Positions 1 to 9,600 of a stretch of DNA of 64,000 bases are shown one piece after another. Under the pieces are notes generated by a model that had not been told where the DNA came from, made no database searches, and saw only the letters and a program-made list of their open reading frames with translations. The translations under genes were made by a program, and so were the position numbers. The stretch is from Bacillota bacterium. GTDB lineage: Bacteria > Bacillota > Dethiobacteria > DTU022. How positions within the stretch are numbered: position 1 is the first letter of the stretch; each line of letters begins with the position of its first letter. The DNA lies in contig JAWODD010000041.1 in the NCBI GenBank assembly GCA_046483445.1, positions 42,303 through 106,302 of the forward strand, given 5' to 3'.

Positions 1-326
1 TTGCTATTGATCAGGGAGGATGTATAGAAACATGTGACCAACCTACTACTCATAGTAATCCTGTTATTGAAAAATACGGAGTCCTTCATTACTCTGTGGC
101 AAATATACCCGGGGCTGTGCCTAGAACTTCGACATTAGCCCTTACTAATGTTACCTTATCGTATGGACTGGAAATTGCCGATAAAGGTTTAAATCAAGCG
201 ATCAAGGAAGATCAATCCCTTGCGAAAGGGCTCAATACTTATAAAGGCTATATAGTTAATGAAACAGTGGCTAATTCGTTAGGTTATGATTATACTCCAA
301 TTGATTCGTTTGAATTGAAAATATAA
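1..326 (+). CDS. ald: alanine dehydrogenase, C-terminal fragment (5' end lies outside the window)
   Basis: Frame 3 reads AIDQGGCIETCDQPTTHSNPVIEKYGVLHYSVANIPGAVPRTSTLALTNVTLSY..., matching the conserved Ald C-terminus (IDQGGC...PTTH...NMPGAVPRTST). Stop codon at 324-326. Confidence 0.8.
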   Translation, partial: AIDQGGCIETCDQPTTHSNPVIEKYGVLHYSVANIPGAVPRTSTLALTNVTLSYGLEIADKGLNQAIKEDQSLAKGLNTYKGYIVNETVANSLGYDYTPIDSFELKI

Positions 327-605
327 ATATACGTTTTATAAGACCTTTGCGCTAATAAGAAACTTTTAGTGAAAATTATTTTGCAAAAAAAGGGTTTTGA
401 CGCAAAATAGCGAATAGATTTTTTATTAACAAAATAGAAACCAGAAATCCCTTATTTATGATCACCTTGGAGATCAAAACAGCACGGGCTTAGAAATATT
501 TCAGGGTGCTATGTATTTTGATGAGGGAGGTGATGTTGAAGGTTAAAAACGTTAGAAAGAAAAACCAGGTGTTTATTAAAATTAAAAGGAAGGAGTTGTT
601 GTAAA

Positions 606-1985
606 TTGGTAGATGCTCTTTTAGCTTTTAATGACTGGCTTAACTCGATAGTGTGGGGTCCGCCTTTTATGATTCTCCTGGTTGGTACCGGTCTCTACCT
701 CACTATTCGCTTGGGGTTTTTCCAGTTTACCCACATTGGGCATGCCTGGAAACAAACTTTTGGCCGTTTTTTTGCCAAGACAAAAGAAGATGAAGGCGGG
801 GCGATCACCTCGTTTCAGGCGGTGTCCTCTGCCATGGCTGCTACTATCGGTGTGGGCAACATTGCCGGGGTTAGCACGGCCATTGCTCTTGGAGGACCGG
901 GTGCTGTATTTTGGATGTGGCTTACGGCCCTGGTCGGAATGGCCACCAAGTTTGGGGAAGCCAGCCTGGGGCTTAAATACCGGGAAATTGATCCGGAAAC
1001 CGGGGAAATATCCGGCGGGGTGATGTATTACATTGAGAAAGGGCTTGGCCCTAAATGGAAGCCGCTGGCTGTTGTTTACGGTTTACTGGCCGGAATCGCC
1101 GCGCTCGGTATTGGATGCATGGTGCAGGCTAACACCGCTGCTCACGCTTTTGAAACCGGTTTTGGGGTTCCGCCTTACATTTCCGGGATTGTTATTATGG
1201 TGCTGGTAGCCCTGGTTACCCTTGGCGGAATTAAACGAATTGCTATGACCGCTGAAAGAATTGTGCCCGCCATGGCTGTTATTTATATTATAGCTTCACT
1301 AATCATTATTATTATGAATATCCCTCAATTGGGCTGGGCATTCGGACAGATTTTCTATTACGCTTTTAACCCTGTTTCCGCCACCGGTGGCTTTGCCGGG
1401 GCCGGTGTGGCTGCCGCCGTTCGTTACGGGATTGCCCGGGGTATTTTTTCCAACGAAGCCGGGCTCGGAGCAGCTTCCATAGTTCACGCCCAGGCAAAAA
1501 ACGTTCCCACCCGCCAGGGAATGTGGGGAATCTGGGAAACATTCATTGATACTATTGTAGTTTGTACCATGACTTCCCTGGTGATTATTCTTACCGGGGC
1601 GATCACTACCGGGACAACCGGGGCTGAATTGGCATCGTCAGCTTTTACCAGGGGGTTGCCCGGTCCCGGGGGTTACCTGGTTTTGATTTCTCTGATTCTT
1701 TTCTCATATACGACGATGCTTACCTGGAATTTTTATGGTGAAAAAAGCTGGGAATATATTTTTGGCAGGGGGGTCGTGCTTCCGTACCGGTTATTATTCC
1801 TGGTCTTTTTATTTGTAGGAGCTATTGGCGGCCTGGTCCTGATCTGGGATATTGCTGATACCATGAACGGTTTGATGGCTGCTCCCAACTTAATCGCTTT
1901 ACTGGTTTTGGCTGGGGTTTTAGCCAAAGAGAAAAAAGATTACCTGGATGGATTAAAAGGGAAGATTAAACCGCCAGGCGAGTAG
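606..1985 (+). CDS. sodium:alanine (amino-acid) symporter, AGCS family
   Basis: 459 aa polytopic membrane protein. N-terminus LVDALLAFNDWLNSIVWGPPFMILLVGTGLYLTIRLGFFQF is typical of AgcS. TTG start with an AAGGAGG RBS 9 nt upstream. Sits between ald and alr. Confidence 0.85.
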   Translation: MVDALLAFNDWLNSIVWGPPFMILLVGTGLYLTIRLGFFQFTHIGHAWKQTFGRFFAKTKEDEGGAITSFQAVSSAMAATIGVGNIAGVSTAIALGGPGAVFWMWLTALVGMATKFGEASLGLKYREIDPETGEISGGVMYYIEKGLGPKWKPLAVVYGLLAGIAALGIGCMVQANTAAHAFETGFGVPPYISGIVIMVLVALVTLGGIKRIAMTAERIVPAMAVIYIIASLIIIIMNIPQLGWAFGQIFYYAFNPVSATGGFAGAGVAAAVRYGIARGIFSNEAGLGAASIVHAQAKNVPTRQGMWGIWETFIDTIVVCTMTSLVIILTGAITTGTTGAELASSAFTRGLPGPGGYLVLISLILFSYTTMLTWNFYGEKSWEYIFGRGVVLPYRLLFLVFLFVGAIGGLVLIWDIADTMNGLMAAPNLIALLVLAGVLAKEKKDYLDGLKGKIKPPGE

Positions 1986-2030
1986 AATGATTAACTAAAA
2001 ATAATGCTTTAGTTAATTTACCTGGTAATT

Positions 2031-2075
2031 AACCCCGGCCTGTCATATGATTCGATGGGCCGGGGTTTCATATTT
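2031..2075 (+). terminator. putative intrinsic terminator after the symporter gene
   Basis: Perfect 10-bp stem AACCCCGGCC / GGCCGGGGTT around a 17-nt loop, followed by the T-rich tract TCATATTTAT. Confidence 0.45.
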
Positions 2076-2211
2076 ATAACTCTGAAAAGTTGTCAAGAAA
2101 TGATCTAGGTTAACTTTAGCATGAAGAACCTTTTTAAAACAGGTTAGATCATGCAGGAAAAGGTGAAGATTTCTGGAACTCTGAAATATAGCTAACAAGA
2201 ATGATAAGGCG

Positions 2212-3348
2212 GTGCAATTGTTGACTACTCCTCTGCGGGCTACCCGGGCGGAAATTAATTTGGACAATTTAAAACATAATCTCTCTTCTTTCCGGGAGCA
2301 GATTGCCGCTAAAACAAAAATTATGGCTGTGGTAAAAGCCGACGGTTACGGTCACGGTGCAGTAGAAGTGTCAAAAGTAGCCCTTGAACATGGAGCGACC
2401 TGGCTGGGGGTGGCTTTTGTCGAAGAGGGGATTAAATTAAGGGAACACGGGTTTGAGGTTCCTCTCCTGGTGTTAAATTCTCCCTTTGCCAACCAGGTCG
2501 AATTATTTTTTAAGCACAACTTGATCCCCACTGTTTTTACTAAGGATATGGCCCGGTTGTTTTCCAAGCATGCGGTTGAAAGAAAGCAAAAAAAAGAGAT
2601 TCATCTAAAAGTGGATACCGGGATGGGCCGGGTTGGCGTGTTTCCTTACACGGCAGCTGAAGAATACTTGGAAAATGTAAGAAAACTGCCAAACCTGACA
2701 GTAGGCGGCATATACACTCATTTTGCTACTGCCGATGAAAAAGATAAAAGTTACGCTGAACTGCAACTGCAAAGATTTTTGGATCTAATAAACAGGTTGA
2801 AGAAAAAAGGAATTTGCCCCCCGCTTGTCCATGCCGCCAACAGCGCAGCCGCCCTGGAGATCCCAGAATCCTGGCTCGGGATGGTCCGCCTGGGTATCAG
2901 CATGTACGGCCATTATCCCTCAAAAGAAGTAGACAAAAAAATCATCGCTTTAAAACCTCTGATGAATCTAAAAAGCAGCATCTCTTTTTTAAAACTGGTG
3001 CCGGCGGGAACCTGCATCAGTTATGGATGCACCTGGGTAACAGAAAAAGAAACCCGGGTTGCGACAATCCCGCTGGGTTACGGGGACGGCTACAGCAGGC
3101 TGCTTTCCAATAAAGCTCATGTCCTGATCAGGGGAAAACGCCACCCGGTAATCGGCAGAGTTTGTATGGATCAATTTATGGTGGATGTAAGCGCTGATCC
3201 AAAGATAAAAGCTGGCGATGAAGTAATTTTATTTGGCGAGCAGGGCAATCAGCCAATTTCGGTGGAAGAAATTGCCGATTTGCTGGGCACCATAAACTAT
3301 GAAGTGCTTTGTGCTGTAGGTAAAAGAGTGCCAAGGGTTTATTTATAA
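2212..3348 (+). CDS. alr: alanine racemase
   Basis: MAVVKADGYGHGAVEV (PLP-lysine motif VVKAxAYGHG), N-terminal AEINLDNLKHN, and C-terminal RVCMDQFMVDV are all characteristic of Alr. 378 aa. Confidence 0.9.
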   Translation: MQLLTTPLRATRAEINLDNLKHNLSSFREQIAAKTKIMAVVKADGYGHGAVEVSKVALEHGATWLGVAFVEEGIKLREHGFEVPLLVLNSPFANQVELFFKHNLIPTVFTKDMARLFSKHAVERKQKKEIHLKVDTGMGRVGVFPYTAAEEYLENVRKLPNLTVGGIYTHFATADEKDKSYAELQLQRFLDLINRLKKKGICPPLVHAANSAAALEIPESWLGMVRLGISMYGHYPSKEVDKKIIALKPLMNLKSSISFLKLVPAGTCISYGCTWVTEKETRVATIPLGYGDGYSRLLSNKAHVLIRGKRHPVIGRVCMDQFMVDVSADPKIKAGDEVILFGEQGNQPISVEEIADLLGTINYEVLCAVGKRVPRVYL

Positions 3349-3531
3349 AGGAAGCCGGCTTTAGCTGTTAAACCGCATCGAGGATTGACTCTTCATGTTT
3401 CTCAGCCCAAAACGCTTGCTATCGATAAAATATTGTCGTAATATAGAAAAAGAAGAATATAATAAAGCTTGACTTCCTTTGGTCTTTTATATAAAAGCGG
3501 CTAATATTATTAGCAAAGGAGGAATTGTTAA

Positions 3532-3702
3532 ATGCCGGCTTATGAGTATATTTGTAAGGATTGTAAAAAGATAACAGAAGTTAGGACCAGTTTTGAGGAA
3601 AAGGAAAAGGGCATAAATGTGAAATGCGAACATTGCGGGAGTGATAATACGAGCCAGTATTTTGGAAACATGACAGTCACAGCAAACTTCCCCTTACATT
3701 AA
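3532..3702 (+). CDS. FmdB-family zinc-ribbon protein (56 aa); absent from the ORF track because it is shorter than 60 aa
   Basis: ATG at 3532 preceded by an AAAGGAGG RBS. Translation MPAYEYICKDCKKITEVRTSFEEKEKGINVKCEHCGSDNTSQYFGNMTVTANFPLH has the FmdB signature (YxYxC.xC...C.xCGS) with CxxC at both ends. Stop at 3700-3702. Confidence 0.6.
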   Translation: MPAYEYICKDCKKITEVRTSFEEKEKGINVKCEHCGSDNTSQYFGNMTVTANFPLH

Positions 3703-3724
3703 AGCTTCGGGCAGTGTTTAAAAA

Positions 3725-3757
3725 AGGACGCGGGTAAAAAGCGCCGGTCCTTTTTTT
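3725..3757 (+). terminator. putative intrinsic terminator
   Basis: Imperfect GC-rich hairpin AGGACGCGGG-TAAAAAG-CGCCGGTCCT followed by a run of 7 T. Confidence 0.4.
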
Positions 3758-3957
3758 ATGCCTTTTTAGCTAATATATTTTTTGGTATTTTAAATTTCCC
3801 TTCGGTATTGAAATATATTGTAATAATTGTCACCTGGATTTTTGTGCTATATTTTTTGTTTTGCTCTTGTCTGTTTAGGGGTGGGTATATATAATGAGCC
3901 TACATCTAAATAAAAACTGGTATCGGGTGTTTATTTATGCCGATTTAGTTAAATGAG

Positions 3958-4791
3958 GTGAAAAATATGCTGCAGGCATCAGGGTTGTTTAATCTTGAAG
4001 AAACCCCCTATAATGAACTTTTCGCAGGTACAGAATATGTTTGGGAAGCGCTGCCCCGGATAAAATCTTATCTAAAAGAGCACCTTAATTCCAATGTAGG
4101 TAAAGTGCGCCGGGGCGAAATGGTAATTAATAAAACTTTTGTTTTATATAAGGGCGAGACCCTTAGTTCAGGTTTTGCGATTGATACAAGCGGAAAAAAA
4201 CCCCTGGTGATTAAAGACGGTGTGACCATGGAAGGAGCCAGTATTATTTTCAGCGGGGCGATTTTAATGGATGATCAGATTCAAATCGGGGAAGGGACTG
4301 TTATTGAGCCAACAGCCCTAATTAAAGGGCCCACGATCATCGGAGATCGCACTGAAGTTCGACATGGAGCTTATATCCGTGGAGAAACCATGGTAGGTAA
4401 TGATTGCATAGTTGGACACACCACTGAAATCAAGTCCTCGGTTATGTTGGGCGGCAGTAAAGCCGGTCATTTTGCCTATATCGGAGACAGTATTCTTGGC
4501 AAAGTCAACCTGGGGGCGGGAACCAAGTTGGCCAATGTGAAAATGGGTGATACTCCGATTGTTTTAAGGGTTGCTGGAACTTTTTATGAAACCGGGCTGC
4601 GTAAGTTTGGCGCGGTAATTGCTGACGGTGTAGAAACCGGTTGCAATAGCGTAACTGCACCTGGCACGATTATAGGTAAAAATTCCTTACTTTACCCTGG
4701 AGGAACCGCAAGAGGATGTTACCCTTCAGAAACCGTGATTAAATTTAAGCCAAAACAGGAATTTATAGAAAGAAACCGGGAGGAGAGCTAA
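3958..4791 (+). CDS. hexapeptide-repeat (left-handed beta-helix) acyltransferase-like protein, similar to the C-terminal acetyltransferase domain of GlmU
   Basis: The stretch ...IKSSVMLGGSKAGHFAYIGDSILGKVNLGAGTKLANVKMGD...VIADGVETGCNSVTAPGTIIG resembles the GlmU C-terminus (HLSYVGDSEIGxxVNIGAGTITCNYDG...). No nucleotidyltransferase N-domain is present. 277 aa. Confidence 0.6.
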   Translation: MKNMLQASGLFNLEETPYNELFAGTEYVWEALPRIKSYLKEHLNSNVGKVRRGEMVINKTFVLYKGETLSSGFAIDTSGKKPLVIKDGVTMEGASIIFSGAILMDDQIQIGEGTVIEPTALIKGPTIIGDRTEVRHGAYIRGETMVGNDCIVGHTTEIKSSVMLGGSKAGHFAYIGDSILGKVNLGAGTKLANVKMGDTPIVLRVAGTFYETGLRKFGAVIADGVETGCNSVTAPGTIIGKNSLLYPGGTARGCYPSETVIKFKPKQEFIERNREES

Positions 4792-4795
4792 AGCG

Positions 4796-5698
4796 GTGAT
4801 GAATCGATTATACGGATTGCTTAAGGAAAACGGCCCCCTTACCGGGAAGGAACTGGTGGAAAAAAGCGGCCTGGAAGTGTTTGATGCCTGGAGGAACTGC
4901 TGTAAAGCAGAAGGGATAGTGACTCAAATTGTAGGGAATAGATACCTGCGGTTGGATCAGAAAGTTGCTGGTTATGCCCGCCTCTCGCCTTCTATTATGA
5001 GAGAGTTTTTAAATTATACTGTGGTGGGGCTCGATAAAGATATAGAAACTGTAGCAAAAGAAGCAGATAAACTTACCGATGAGATTACCGCTATTAGTAA
5101 AAAAAAGTTTGATTTAGCCAGGGACACTATTTACCGTTTACTTGAAGAACATCCGGGTAAAAATGCTGTAGTTGAGAAGACAGTTTTTATTATTGCTGGA
5201 GATGTGGTCTATAATATGGCCCACAAAGAACCGCGTCCTGAAGCCTCGACAGGTGAACTGGTTAAGGGTTCCGATTTGGATGTTATTGTGGTAAGCGGTA
5301 ATTTACCCAAACAGGAACTTAATAAACTGGATCAATTAATTTACAGGGAAAAATATAATTTATTGGTAAGCCCGGTATTAAAAGAAGAGCTTGATTATGT
5401 GGTTAAAGATGTAAATATCGTAAAAAGCCAGGTTCAGTTTAATGATTTTAAAGCTATGGTAGCTTCAAAAATACTTTACGAAGGAGTTTACCTTTACGGT
5501 AGTTATGATCTTTACTTGTTGATTAAAAAACTTGTGACTGATTATGGCGTTAACGAAAAGCTGAACTCACTGCAAGAAAAAGCCTGGGAAGACAGACTTG
5601 AAGCGGAGAGAACATTGTTGTCGGCTCCTGGTTCTGCCGGGGAAGAAGAATTAATGACCCTATTTTACACTACTGAAGAAAAAGAGGAAATTTTTTAA
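4796..5698 (+). CDS. hypothetical protein (winged-helix-like N-terminus; weak GSDLD motif)
   Basis: 300-aa ORF placed tightly between the LbH gene (4 nt gap) and nagB (19 nt gap). No confident family assignment by eye. Confidence 0.5.
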   Translation: MMNRLYGLLKENGPLTGKELVEKSGLEVFDAWRNCCKAEGIVTQIVGNRYLRLDQKVAGYARLSPSIMREFLNYTVVGLDKDIETVAKEADKLTDEITAISKKKFDLARDTIYRLLEEHPGKNAVVEKTVFIIAGDVVYNMAHKEPRPEASTGELVKGSDLDVIVVSGNLPKQELNKLDQLIYREKYNLLVSPVLKEELDYVVKDVNIVKSQVQFNDFKAMVASKILYEGVYLYGSYDLYLLIKKLVTDYGVNEKLNSLQEKAWEDRLEAERTLLSAPGSAGEEELMTLFYTTEEKEEIF

Positions 5699-5717
5699 AG
5701 GGTGGGGCAGGAAGCAG

Positions 5718-6455
5718 ATGAAGATTTCAATTGTAGAGGATTATGATCAATTGAGCGAAAAGGCGGCAGCCATTGTTGCCGGGCAGTTGCAGGCAAAGAA
5801 GGATTCAGTTTTAGGGTTGGCCACCGGTTCCACTCCTGAGGGAATGTATGCGAACCTGGTTAAAATGTACCGGGAAGGTCTTCTTGATTTTAGTTCAGTG
5901 ATTACTTTTAATCTTGATGAATATGTTGGACTGTCACCACAGCACCCTCAGAGTTACCAGGCTTATATGTACAGACTTTTTTTCGATCACGTTAATATTA
6001 AGCCGGAAAATATTTATATACCCTCTTTAAATGAAAATATGGATTCTGTTGTACAAGTATGCCGGGATTATGATCAAAAGATTTACCAGGCGGGAGGAAT
6101 TGACCTGCAAATCCTTGGAATAGGCGTAAACGGGCACATCGGTTTTAATGAATCCGGTTCCAGTTTGCCAAAGAATACCTATATGGTAGATTTAAGCCCT
6201 GAAACCATCGAGGCAAACAGCCGCTTTTTTGATTCTGCTGAAGAGGTTCCCCACAGGGCGGTGACAATGGGTTTGGGTCCTATAATGCACGCAAAACGGG
6301 TCCTACTCTTAGCCTCCGGAAGAGATAAAGCCGAGGCGGTCAAGGAATCATTTAGCGGGCATATAACTACTCAAGTTCCCGCCTCCCTGCTCCAACTGCA
6401 CCCTGCTGCTCTGGTGCTTGTAGATCATGAAGCCGCCTTTCTGCTCAACGAATAG
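5718..6455 (+). CDS. nagB: glucosamine-6-phosphate deaminase
   Basis: MKISIVEDYDQLSEKAAAIVAGQL...VLGLATGSTPEGMY...ITFNLDEYVGL...GIGVNGHIGFNE are classic NagB motifs. 245 aa. Confidence 0.85.
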   Translation: MKISIVEDYDQLSEKAAAIVAGQLQAKKDSVLGLATGSTPEGMYANLVKMYREGLLDFSSVITFNLDEYVGLSPQHPQSYQAYMYRLFFDHVNIKPENIYIPSLNENMDSVVQVCRDYDQKIYQAGGIDLQILGIGVNGHIGFNESGSSLPKNTYMVDLSPETIEANSRFFDSAEEVPHRAVTMGLGPIMHAKRVLLLASGRDKAEAVKESFSGHITTQVPASLLQLHPAALVLVDHEAAFLLNE

Positions 6456-6617
6456 TTATCCGGTTGCCATCATGATTTGCCAGGACGACTACTTTGTAGA
6501 TATCAATCCGACAACCAGCCGCCACAGCGCTATGAGGTTCAAATAGCTTTTCTCTGTAATCTGTGGACAAACAATGATATACTATAGTTAACAAGGCAGT
6601 ATTTTTGAGGTGAGCAG

Positions 6618-9600
6618 ATGGACGCCCAGTTTAAATCGGGAGCGCTGGAAGTTAATCTTGCCCAAACAAAGCATGAGCACAAAGAACTTCCCCAAAAACA
6701 TAGCTGGTTTGTTTCTCTGTCCTCTTCTTACTGGGGTATTAACAAAAGAACAGAAGAACTCTTTATTGAATACAACCACCCCCACCCAAATTATGACTAT
6801 ATTATAGAAAACCTGCACACGATCAGTCTAAACGACCTCTGGCTTTACAGCTCTCTTGAAGAATCGGAAGAAGCCCTTCTATTTCTCGTTTCTATCTTTA
6901 AAGATCTTTTCAATAAAGACCTTGCAGAACACCAGCGGGAGCAGCTTGTTAAAACCCTTTTTAAATTTACTGACAGACTGCTTAATGAAGGAAGTTACCC
7001 CCATAAAGTGATTTGGCGGGCCCTGGCTCTAATAGAAGAAGGCCTGGCACAAGATGAACATATTTACCTGCGCAATGCCGGTTATTTTAAAAAATACCTT
7101 TACCGGGCGGCAGCAGTCCCGGAATTTAATGAAGAAGTTTGCCGCCTGACCAAGGAGGTTTTGCGCAAAAGTTGTGCTTTTTGGGAAAGAACCACAAATG
7201 CTGAAGCCTGGTTTGAGAGTAAATCCGAATTATTTCAGCCTGTATATCGGGAGAAGATTAAGTTAATCGGAAAGGATTTCTTTGATCAACTGGCCGAGCG
7301 CATTGAAAACTCACACAGCTGGGAAGAAATCCAATCGAACCTTTTTTACAATGATATTGCCAACCATTTCCGCCACTTTAGCGAAGTATTTGAGTTTTCC
7401 GTAGAAAAAGTATATTACCTGGTATACGCCTTACATATTCCCGGTATGGCCCAATTGAAAAAACATCTCCTCTACGATCTTAACCGTCTGCTTAAAACCG
7501 CCCTTGCCGAACTTGATCACTCGCAAATTTATCACTTTGTTGATATGCTTTTTGATTTTTTCAGCGAACTCAAAGAACAGCAAACCGATACGGTCTTGGA
7601 CTGTATTTTTACCCTGGGAAAAGAGATTGTCAGCATTGATCATGAAAATATCACCGATCATTATATGCAAAAATTAATTGAGTTTGGTTTTGTTTACCCC
7701 GGAAAAGTTGAATTTAACAGTGAATGGGACACAAAAGTTAAAGAAAATCATGTTAAAAACATTCGTATATGGCTCGACCTGATCGAAACCTCCCCCTACA
7801 AATTTAAAAAGCTTTTATCTGCCCTGGTGGTTAATTTAAAACTGGGCGGTATATTTATTTCCGATACGGATCTTTTTCAGCGTGATGTAACCAGGCTCTT
7901 AAATGCTGATATTGCCCCGGTTTATAAACAGGTGAAACAGTTGGCCCGTTTCTTTCCGGTCTATTTTAACGAGATCGGAGCGGAAGGAAAACTGCGCGAA
8001 GTAAGCACCCTGATCGATGAAGTGGCTGGAAGGAAAGATAACGTAATCCACTTTGTTCGCAAGCAGATTCATGCCGAAAGTAATAATACCCACATTGAAC
8101 TGGTTAACCGGGTGGCTTATTACTGGCTCACCGGGGAACGCGCTCCCCTTGAAGAAATTCTTCCTCCAGATGTTTCTGCAACTATGGATGAAAACAACAG
8201 CCTTTTCAGCGGAGTTAATCAGTTAATAAAAGCTGCCTGCTCTCATTTTGCAGTTGACCATGCCGGGTTGCTACGGATTCCTGAAGATACAGTAGCAGCT
8301 TATCTGGAAACATCCTCCATAGCCCATGAGCGAGACAAAAAGCGTTTGCTCTACCTGATTCAGCTGAACCAGCTTTTGTTGGAAAAATATTCGTTTGAAA
8401 CTCGGGATGTTAAAGGCTTGCTTTTAAGCAGTCGTTTTTTTACCCGTGAAGAAATTGACAATTTTGCAGCGCTGCTGGAACAAAATCGCTACCACGAGGC
8501 GTTGGAGCAGCTATATTCATTTATGAGTGTGCTTAAAGAGGTGATTTTGAGTAAATCGGAAACCAAGGCCATTGAAACCATCTACTATAAGCGGCATATA
8601 GCCGCCGGCATTCCCTCTATGTACGGCCAGTATAAAGAACCAAAATTTGAAGCCCTTGGTTTGATGTACAGGCTGGAACAGGTGGCTTCCCGCCTGATGG
8701 AAAAAACTCTTGCAGAAATTGAACTGGAATATATCTCGACCAAAACCCTGCGCAATATATATGAAGTCCTGGTGCTCTTTAAAAAAGGATTGGAACTTGA
8801 TGGGATGGTAAACCAAAATTTTAACTCCACCCTGGAAATGTTTCGTTACAGCCTTACTTCAACCAGTGTGACTTTAAGTCAGCACATGAATATATTTCGG
8901 TTTATGTCCCAGCATATCAAAGAACTGATCAACGAATATTTTATCCGGGTTTATGATGAAACCATCAATGTAGTGATCCCCCAGATTTTTGATCATTCTC
9001 CGGAAACACTTGCCAGGGAATCGGAGAAATTTTACCGCGATATTCTTTCTTCTGCATTTTTAATCCAGGAACTGGATCAATTTATTACCAATGCTTTGAA
9101 TATGATCAACAATATGCTAGAAAATTATTCTGAAGAGCATATTAACAATATGATGAGTTTTAACCCGGAACTGGCTATCAGCCCACTCGATTGCGAAACT
9201 CTTAAAATGGATAACCAGGTATTTCTCGGGGCCAAAGCTTATTACCTGAAAAAGTTAATGGCTTACAGTTTGCCTGTACCGCCAGGTTTTGTGATTACTA
9301 CCGAAGTATACAGACACAAGGAGACAATTTTTAAGCACCCTTACATGAGCATGGAATTGCACAAAATGATTGCCCGCCAGGTTGAGGTGATAGAGAAAAA
9401 AACAGGCCTGAAATTTGGCAGCACCACTCGGCCCATGCTTTTATCAGTCCGTTCCGGGACGGCAATTTCTCTGCCCGGGGCGATGAGCACTTTTCTCAAT
9501 GTGGGCATGACCGAAGAAATTGCCCGTAGTTTGGATAAAAGTCCCGAAACTTCCTGGATGGGTTGGGATTCCTACCGCCGGTTTATCCAAAGCTGGGGGA

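Noticed and set aside
420-600. Glycine riboswitch upstream of the alanine symporter
   Set aside because: I could not find the paired aptamer cores (GGAGAG…CACCG…) by eye. I kept it only as a low-interest 'long leader' finding.
682-1023. 113-aa + strand ORF in an alternative frame inside the symporter gene
   Set aside because: It lies entirely within a strongly supported membrane-transporter CDS. The sequence is Pro/Arg/Leu-rich and low-complexity, as is typical of an off-frame read of GC-rich coding DNA.
3349-3357. AAGCCGGCTT palindrome after alr
   Set aside because: It is a 10-bp perfect palindrome, but it cannot form a stable hairpin because the loop would be too small, and it has no T-tract. 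It is probably fortuitous.
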